Part shown: piece after piece, positions 27,661-34,048 of the stretch | Numbering within the stretch: the first letter of the stretch is position 1 | How the letters are laid out: the number at the start of each line of letters is the position of its first letter | DNA from: Mageeibacillus sp. UBA1193 | GTDB lineage: Bacteria; Bacillota; Clostridia; Saccharofermentanales; Saccharofermentanaceae | Direction: 5' to 3' | Length of the DNA stretch: 34,048 nucleotides | Assembly: GCA_002310155.1 (NCBI GenBank) | Contig: DBYF01000115.1 | Location: 11,734-45,781, forward strand | Made by a program: the position numbers and the translations under genes | Notes under the pieces: generated by a model | What the model was told of the DNA's origin: nothing | The model's input: only the letters and a program-made list of their open reading frames with translations | Database searches by the model: none

Positions 27661-30006
27661 ATGAAAAGACAGCGTTTGACAAAAAATCTGATAATCGGCA
27701 CTCTTTCTATAGAACTTCTGATGCTGGTCATTTTGATTGCTTGTCTGGCGCTGTTTTCATCGTCAGATGTTAAGAAACCTGTGAATTTGAAGTCTTTTCA
27801 AACCTCTGATTTCATTCATCTGAAATCTTCGGACGGGGATCTGTCTTCTGATGACACTGAACCGGTAATATCGGATGGATCTTCACTTTTTACGATAAAT
27901 GGCAAAGCGGTCAAGGTTGTTTCCCGGCCTTTCTCGCTTCCCAAGGGAAACTATGTAGTTTCTGTCAACTACGCTTGTCATGAGAATAATAATCTGGTCT
28001 TCCTGTACTCGAAATCTCTTTCTGATAACCGTGTAGAGAATGCGGATCAGGCGGTTATTGCTAATTCTCGGTCCAATAATCTCAGTTTCGGATTTACTCT
28101 CACGTCGCAGACGGATGATCTGATGCTGTGCTTTGCGTGTGAGGAAACGGAAGGCTTTTCCGTGTTTCAGACAGAAGTACGTGAAGTGAGCGTGTCAGCG
28201 CCAAAGACAGTCCGACTCGTCGCAGCTGCAATTCTTTGGATATTCTTCTGTGGAATCTTTGATCTGATCGTGTTCCTTTTTGTCTTCTATCCGGATAGAC
28301 GGAAACACTATATTATTCTTATAAGTGCTGCTATTCTTGCATCGCTTCCTGCACTGATCCCGTCTCCCTATATCCGATGTGCGGATGATCTTCCTTTTCA
28401 TATCCTTCGAATATTTGGTATAAGGGATGGTTTTTCGCATGGCCTTCCATGGGTCAAACTGCAGACAAACTGGTATAACGGGTACGGATATATTGTCGGT
28501 GCCTGCTATGGAGATCTGCTCTTATATCTTCCTGCTCTCGGAAGCGCATCCGGTTTGAGTATGGATCTTTGTTACCGCCTCTTCGTCCTGTTTATCAATG
28601 GTTTAACTGCTGCATCCGCATATTACTGCTTCAGCAGGATGTTTGGCAGAAGACCCGGTATAGTGGGAAGTGTCGTATATGTGTTCCTGATCTACAGGAT
28701 CACAGATCTCTATCATCGTGCGGCTGTCGGTGAGTATTGCGCGATTGCATTTCTTCCGTTTATAGCTTTAGCTGTTTATCTGCTGTACAAGGATGAATAT
28801 CTTAAATCAATATGGATGTTTGTGATCGGTTTTACCGGCATTGTGAATACACACACGGGTTCTATGGCCATGCTTCTTTCTGTGCTCGTACTGTATATGC
28901 TTATCGATTTCAGAAGGACTTTTGTTGCCAGGCGCCTTTTTTCTCTTGCGGTTTCGGCAGGGACGGTTATTCTTGTGAATCTGTCTTTCATCGTTCCGTT
29001 TATTGATATGGTATTCGGAAATAAGCTCAGAGTTATGGAAGAAAATGACTATTCCATGATAAGTATCAGCGGTCTGTCGTTCAATTCGTTATATCATGGA
29101 CATGGAAACCTGAATTACTATTTCATAAGCGCTCTTTATGTTATCGTTTTACTGATGGTTTCTTCGCTTCTAGTCATTCCAAAGATCTTGAAAAACGGCA
29201 AGCACAGTGATAAGGATCCGGATAGGAAATCCGTATCATTCGGCGATTTCTACAGATACCTGATCTGTACGGGGATCATGATTTTCCTGTGTACGAAATA
29301 CTTCCCTTGGAAATCAATCACAAAAATCCCTGTACTTAAGCTTCTGCCTGCAAGCATTCAGTTCCCGTGGAGATATCTTGCTTTCACAGGAGTATTCATC
29401 GTACTTCTGCTTTGTGAAACGATACGGTTGACGATGGATAGTAAAGGTTTTGCTAAGCACGCGGGGCAGATACTGGTCGCGTCAGCAGTAGTGTTGGGTA
29501 GTATGTTCGGGTGTACGCAGTATTTTTCCTATGTAAAAGTGAACTATAATTCCGAGTACAACATTCGTTCTGAGACTTGCTCACAGCATGAGTATCTTCT
29601 GGAAGATACTGATGTTCATGATATCGGGAGTGAATATATTAAAACTGCCGATGTGAAAGTGTGGGATTATGAGAAGGACGGGGACAGGATAGAATTCGCA
29701 TATGTTTCTGATTCAGATGGATATGTTGATCTCCCGCTGTTTAACTATTCACATTATGTTGCGGAGTACGCTGAAGGAATTACTGAAGATTATCACGCTG
29801 TCGATATTGAAAATGGAGAGAATAATCGTATCCGTATCCCGGTTAAAGAGAATACAGAAGGACGTATCCGGGTTCACTTCCGTGCTCCGGTCTACTGGGG
29901 AATTGCTCTTGTGATCAGTATTCTGAGTGTAGTTGGTCTGGCGGTGTATTCTGTCCGTCAGTTGAGAAGAAAGAAGAGAGGGGAAAGAGAAATAGTGCCA
30001 TCATGA
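27661..30006 (+). CDS. Polytopic membrane protein, GT-C/YfhO-like glycosyltransferase candidate with an N-terminal extracytoplasmic beta-rich domain
   Basis: 781 aa. TM1, then a roughly 150-aa domain (KGNYVVSVNYACHENNNLVFLY...), then more than 10 TM helices with a DDLPFHILRIFGIRDG loop after the first membrane block, and a C-terminal TM. No SD upstream. Confidence 0.55.
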   Translation: MKRQRLTKNLIIGTLSIELLMLVILIACLALFSSSDVKKPVNLKSFQTSDFIHLKSSDGDLSSDDTEPVISDGSSLFTINGKAVKVVSRPFSLPKGNYVVSVNYACHENNNLVFLYSKSLSDNRVENADQAVIANSRSNNLSFGFTLTSQTDDLMLCFACEETEGFSVFQTEVREVSVSAPKTVRLVAAAILWIFFCGIFDLIVFLFVFYPDRRKHYIILISAAILASLPALIPSPYIRCADDLPFHILRIFGIRDGFSHGLPWVKLQTNWYNGYGYIVGACYGDLLLYLPALGSASGLSMDLCYRLFVLFINGLTAASAYYCFSRMFGRRPGIVGSVVYVFLIYRITDLYHRAAVGEYCAIAFLPFIALAVYLLYKDEYLKSIWMFVIGFTGIVNTHTGSMAMLLSVLVLYMLIDFRRTFVARRLFSLAVSAGTVILVNLSFIVPFIDMVFGNKLRVMEENDYSMISISGLSFNSLYHGHGNLNYYFISALYVIVLLMVSSLLVIPKILKNGKHSDKDPDRKSVSFGDFYRYLICTGIMIFLCTKYFPWKSITKIPVLKLLPASIQFPWRYLAFTGVFIVLLLCETIRLTMDSKGFAKHAGQILVASAVVLGSMFGCTQYFSYVKVNYNSEYNIRSETCSQHEYLLEDTDVHDIGSEYIKTADVKVWDYEKDGDRIEFAYVSDSDGYVDLPLFNYSHYVAEYAEGITEDYHAVDIENGENNRIRIPVKENTEGRIRVHFRAPVYWGIALVISILSVVGLAVYSVRQLRRKKRGEREIVPS

Positions 30007-31896
30007 CCGGTTGGATTTGAAGGCGCGCTTATGTGCGTACATGATCTCATCTGCTTCCTGCATGCAGGTGACGATGTGACTGGTATCCCTTCCTTTTAAT
30101 TCCGATACACCGATACTTGCGTGGAGTTTGAAAGCTTTCCCTGAAGTTAATGAGATCTCGTCGAGGCGGCTCTTGATCTGCTTTTCGAATTCATCGCCGC
30201 GTCCGTAAGTTTCCGAGATCAGAACAGCACAGAACTCATCACCGCCGAATCTGGCACAGAACTCGTTTTCGTTGAGAGAGGACTGAAGTGCTTTCGCGAT
30301 CTCGGAAAGCGCAAAGTCACCCTCGGAATGGCCATGAATATCGTTGATCGCTTTAAGGTTATCCATATCGATACTCGCGATCGTGATGATGGCATTTTCC
30401 GGAGTGGACGTAAGAACTTCCTGGAGCGCGTTCTCAAAACCTCTGCGATTATATAGACCGGTGAGCTCGTCTGTCTGGGAAAGACGTGTGATCTCGGCAA
30501 TGATACCGAATTTCTTCTGCAGGTAACAGGTCTCGATCGCAGATGAGAGTGTGCTGATATAAGTGTATGTCAGCGAATTCGGCCACTGCATCTCATTAGG
30601 TTTCAGAACTAGATACCCGTAATCTTTGTTCTTGAAGAAGAGAGGATATACGATATATACTCCCGGAGTATCCGTATCGAAGCATTCCTTCGGAAGAAGA
30701 TCCTTGCGGCTGAATGTCTGATTGACGGCTTCTGCCTGTCTGCGGTTCTCTTCATGCATGATCTGAAGAAGGATCATGTTATCAGTAAAAGGTTTGTCCG
30801 GTTCTTCTGAAGAGAAGACAGGATCGGATTCGTCGCAGTAACAGATATAACCTGTCTCGCAACGTAATGTGTGAAAATAGTAAGTAGCTACGGAAAGGGC
30901 ACTGTCGATGTCGAGGGTGTTCTGGTAATCCGCGGTAATACGTCCGCACTCGCGCAGCAGGAACTCCTCCTCGGCAACGGAGCGGTAGATCTGGTCGATA
31001 TCCCGGCTGATGATCTGTTTTCCGCAGCCACAGCTTGCACGGAAGATGATCTCGTCAGACAGTGTGATCAGTTTCTCGGGACGCTTGCCAGCCTGGATGT
31101 CATCGATCAGCTGGAATGCAGCTTCTGCATATTTTTCAGGGTGGATGGTAACGGTAGTGAGGGAAGGAGTAGTATCTTCACCTTCCTTGATTCCGTCAAA
31201 TCCGGCGACACATACCTCTTCGGGAACGCGTACGCCCCGTTTCTGCAGTTCTTCACAGATAGAAAGCGCCATATAGTCGTTAGCACAGATGATCGCCTGA
31301 GGATAGGATATTCGTCCCTGCATGAAAAAGTCCATTGCTTTGGCACCACGGTTACGCCAGTAATTACCTTCGAAGATCGTATTCGCTTCGATGGACAGAC
31401 CACTGTCTCTCATAGCGTTTACGAATCCGCGGAGTCTGTCCGGAGAATCCTTGTGCATGTAAGGACCTGACATATAGCAGATATCCGTAAAGTGATGGAC
31501 ATCGATGAAGTGTCGCGTCATCTGATACATGGTATCTCTGTTCTCGATCGATATCGTATAGAAGTCAGGATGTCCTGTCTGGATAAGAATGACAGGACAC
31601 GTAGCATTCGTCTTTACGAGTTCATAGAACTCCCGGTCCATACCGTTGATGTCAAAGGATCCGGGAAGCGCGATGATCGCGTCAAAAGAAGAATAATCGG
31701 GCAGATGCAGTATTCCTTTCTTGCCGATCTCGGACAGGAGATTACGTCCGTATGGGGAAGTATATGATCCGTAGGATGCGAAGATAACAACATCCATATC
31801 ATGAAGAGAGGCGAGATCAATAATGGCTTTCCCGAAATCTGTCTGGAAAACCTGAGTGATCTCACTCATGAAAAGACCGATCTTTTTTCTTGCCAA
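30001..31896 (-). CDS. Diguanylate cyclase: LacI-type periplasmic-binding-fold sugar-binding domain (no HTH) + GAF-like middle region + GGDEF
   Basis: TTG start 9 nt after GGAGG. ICANDYMALSICEELQKRGVRVPEEVCVAGFDG is typical of LacI/PurR ligand domains. C-terminal DELTGLYNRRGF...RFGGDEFCAVL. Confidence 0.88.
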   Translation of the reverse strand: MARKKIGLFMSEITQVFQTDFGKAIIDLASLHDMDVVIFASYGSYTSPYGRNLLSEIGKKGILHLPDYSSFDAIIALPGSFDINGMDREFYELVKTNATCPVILIQTGHPDFYTISIENRDTMYQMTRHFIDVHHFTDICYMSGPYMHKDSPDRLRGFVNAMRDSGLSIEANTIFEGNYWRNRGAKAMDFFMQGRISYPQAIICANDYMALSICEELQKRGVRVPEEVCVAGFDGIKEGEDTTPSLTTVTIHPEKYAEAAFQLIDDIQAGKRPEKLITLSDEIIFRASCGCGKQIISRDIDQIYRSVAEEEFLLRECGRITADYQNTLDIDSALSVATYYFHTLRCETGYICYCDESDPVFSSEEPDKPFTDNMILLQIMHEENRRQAEAVNQTFSRKDLLPKECFDTDTPGVYIVYPLFFKNKDYGYLVLKPNEMQWPNSLTYTYISTLSSAIETCYLQKKFGIIAEITRLSQTDELTGLYNRRGFENALQEVLTSTPENAIITIASIDMDNLKAINDIHGHSEGDFALSEIAKALQSSLNENEFCARFGGDEFCAVLISETYGRGDEFEKQIKSRLDEISLTSGKAFKLHASIGVSELKGRDTSHIVTCMQEADEIMYAHKRAFKSNRS

Positions 31897-32069
31897 ACCC
31901 CATATCCTCCTGATGAACCTGCCTGCTGTCTATGATGCGATTATATCACCGAAACCGTGCTGATTCCAATTTAACGGGTACTATTTATGAATTCTTTTCT
32001 CTTGCTTAACATTTGCCGATATGTCAAAATGCTTTTAAGGGATGGATATTATGATTTAGGGGGTATATT

Positions 32070-33083
32070 ATGGCATACAATACGCAAGAAACGAGAGGCC
32101 TCAATGAGCGCGAACTTCAATTGATGCAAAGCCGTAAAGAATGGACGACGGCATTAGGCAAGAAGACGAACCTTCTGTTCATTCTCTCAATATTAAGCAT
32201 TATTATGACTGTCGTTGTTCTGATCATCACAGTCAATGCTATGGGCTCAAGAAGATACAGTGAAGTTAAGAGCGCACTGAACACACTTTATGTGTGCGCC
32301 GGTATTGCGCTGGTGCTCAGTATTATTCATGGTGGAACGCTGCTCTCTATGGGTAAGCAAATGGATGATTTCAGCTCGGCCGGAGTTATGTATATCTTAG
32401 CTCAGATAGCTTCATTACTTAAGAGTATTCTCAGTGCTTCAGGACTGGGATCTCTTTTCAATTTGGTTTCGTTGGGTCTTACTATCGCATATCTTCTCAA
32501 GTTCTGTGCTGCCATGATCAGCTGCTTTGATACGATCGGAAGTGGAATGTCAGCCAGCTGGGAGTCATTTAAGACTGTATATCTTGTTGGCACGATCGGA
32601 GCTCTTGGAAGTGTTTTCCTTGTTCTTGTGCCGGGGCTTGCCGGACTTGCTGTGATCGGTGTATACGGTTTTTCGGTCATGATGATCATTGTAGGTATTT
32701 GGCAGATCGTACTTCTTCGTCAGTCTGCGGTAGAATTTCTCGAGTACACATTTAATCCTGCTATTGAGACCAGACCAGGTGCCAGTGCTTTTCACAACGT
32801 AAAATTCAACGGATCAACAACATCTCCGAGACCGGTTCCGGCTGCACGTAATGCCACGATGTCCAGAACGGATGCTGTCAAGAAGGCTGAAGAGATGAGA
32901 AGAAGACGTGAAGCGAAGGCTGCGGGTATCGATCCTTCAGAGTTTGAACAGAATGATGAAGCGAAACTTAATGCTGAGAAAGAAAAGATCAATACACTGA
33001 AGCAGTATAAGGAGCTTCTGGATGCAGGAGTGCTTACTCAGGAAGAATTCGATAATAAGAAGAAAGAGATACTGGGTGGTTGA
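32070..33083 (+). CDS. Polytopic membrane protein with a C-terminal SHOCT domain
   Basis: 337 aa with about 6 hydrophobic helices, a charged linker, and a terminal YKELLDAGVLTQEEFDNKKKEILG (SHOCT-like). SD AGGGGG. Confidence 0.7.
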   Translation: MAYNTQETRGLNERELQLMQSRKEWTTALGKKTNLLFILSILSIIMTVVVLIITVNAMGSRRYSEVKSALNTLYVCAGIALVLSIIHGGTLLSMGKQMDDFSSAGVMYILAQIASLLKSILSASGLGSLFNLVSLGLTIAYLLKFCAAMISCFDTIGSGMSASWESFKTVYLVGTIGALGSVFLVLVPGLAGLAVIGVYGFSVMMIIVGIWQIVLLRQSAVEFLEYTFNPAIETRPGASAFHNVKFNGSTTSPRPVPAARNATMSRTDAVKKAEEMRRRREAKAAGIDPSEFEQNDEAKLNAEKEKINTLKQYKELLDAGVLTQEEFDNKKKEILGG

Positions 33084-33104
33084 TCATAATCCGGATATAA
33101 AACA

Positions 33105-33131
33105 AAAAAGAGGGGTCATGCCCCTCTTTTT
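33105..33131. terminator. Bidirectional intrinsic terminator between the SHOCT gene and argH
   Basis: AAAAAGAGGGG-TCATG-CCCCTCTTTTT: an 11-bp stem with an A-tract and a T-tract on either side. Confidence 0.8.
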
Positions 33132-33151
33132 ATTTCTGTGATCATTCCGGC

Positions 33152-34048
33152 TCAGTTAAGAGAATCAAGAGCCTTCTTTACCGTCTCCGGTGCAGGTGCT
33201 CCGGTGATCGTACGTTTGTTGACACAGGTCTGAAGCGAGATCGCATCATAGACATCTTCTTCGATCAGATCGGAGAACTGCTTGAATTCATCAAGGGTTA
33301 GTTTCTCGAGTGTAGTACCGTGCTCGATGCAGTAGTGAACGAGCTTGCCGGAGATCTCATGAGTGGATCTGAACGGGATGCCCTTTCTTACAAGATAATC
33401 AGCGAGGTCTGTCGCGTTGGTGAAGCCGCCAAGCGCTGCGTTCTCCATATTATCTTTTCTGAGCTTCATGGTCTTGATCATGCCGGTAAAGGGGACAAGT
33501 ACGCCCTTGATAGTATCGATCACGTCAAAGAGTGCTTCCTGAACTTCCTGCATGTCCTTATTGTAGGTGAGAGGAAGTCCCTTCATAGTAACGAGAAGGG
33601 AGATGAGGTCGCCATATACACGGCCGGTCTTGCCACGAGTAAGCTCGGCAACGTCCGGGTTTTTCTTCTGAGGCATCATGGAAGATCCTGTAGAGTATGC
33701 ATCATCCAGTTCGATGAACTTAAACTCCTGGGAAGAATAGAGAATGATCTCTTCGGAAAGACGGGACAGGTGCATCATGAGAAGAGATGCGAAAGAAGCA
33801 AGTTCGATCGCCCAGTCTCTATCAGCAACACCGTCGAGGGAATTAAGAGTGACGCCGTTCATACCCAGCTGATCCGCGACGGATTCGCGGTCGAGCGGAT
33901 AAGTTGTTCCTGCAAGAGCGCCGGAACCGAGAGGCGAGATGTTTGTTCTTGCGATCGCCTCATCGAGACGGTCCATATCTCTTCCGAACATCTGGATATA
34001 CGCCATGAGATAGTGAGCGAATGTGATGGGCTGTGCACGCTGGAGATG
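33152..34048 (-). CDS. argH: Argininosuccinate lyase, C-terminal part (5' end outside the window)
   Basis: The frame stays open to the window edge ([17 protein letters not shown]...). Fumarate-lyase signature [12 protein letters not shown]. Confidence 0.92.
   Translation of the reverse strand, partial: HLQRAQPITFAHYLMAYIQMFGRDMDRLDEAIARTNISPLGSGALAGTTYPLDRESVADQLGMNGVTLNSLDGVADRDWAIELASFASLLMMHLSRLSEEIILYSSQEFKFIELDDAYSTGSSMMPQKKNPDVAELTRGKTGRVYGDLISLLVTMKGLPLTYNKDMQEVQEALFDVIDTIKGVLVPFTGMIKTMKLRKDNMENAALGGFTNATDLADYLVRKGIPFRSTHEISGKLVHYCIEHGTTLEKLTLDEFKQFSDLIEEDVYDAISLQTCVNKRTITGAPAPETVKKALDSLN

Overview
The window looks like a chromosomal segment from a Gram-positive anaerobe, probably Clostridia and Lachnospiraceae-like. 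That placement is an inference from gene content, the strong GGAGG-type ribosome-binding sites and a CIRCE-controlled groESL. I call about 33 CDS, 2 tRNAs, several intrinsic terminators and sigma-A-like promoters, one CIRCE operator and two in-frame coding tandem repeats. I found no rRNA, CRISPR array, transposase, integrase, phage gene or recognisable defence gene.

Gene order, left to right:
- 3' end of a malic enzyme gene
- an Lrp/AsnC regulator, an aminotransferase and prfB, tightly coupled, with no programmed frameshift in prfB
- on the minus strand, a 914-aa acidic, mostly disordered single-pass membrane protein with a Thr-rich repeat
- comEA
- a tRNA-Leu(UAA) / initiator-like tRNA-Met pair
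- a translationally coupled trio (7.35-10.7 kb): a TM-sensor-TM protein, the same module fused to an MFS-like body, and a membrane-tethered sigma-70 region-2-like protein
- an LCP ligase gene
- groESL
- a 16-kb co-directional array (14.2-30.0 kb): a 2-TM protein, an acyl-ACP thioesterase, an ABC-2/GldG-like/DUF4340-like/beta-propeller-like cluster, a CYTH protein, two flavoproteins, an MBL hydrolase, the ACT + UPF0210 pair and a GT-C-like membrane protein
- a convergent diguanylate cyclase built from a LacI-type sugar-binding domain, a GAF-like region and a GGDEF domain
- a SHOCT membrane protein
- the 3' part of argH

The best candidates for uncharacterised biology are the 7.35-12.1 kb sensor/MFS/sigma-like/LCP cluster, the five-gene ABC-2/GldG-like cluster, the 914-aa disordered membrane protein, and the sugar-sensing diguanylate cyclase next to the GT-C-like gene. 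All domain calls are by-eye motif recognition and need HMM or structure searches.
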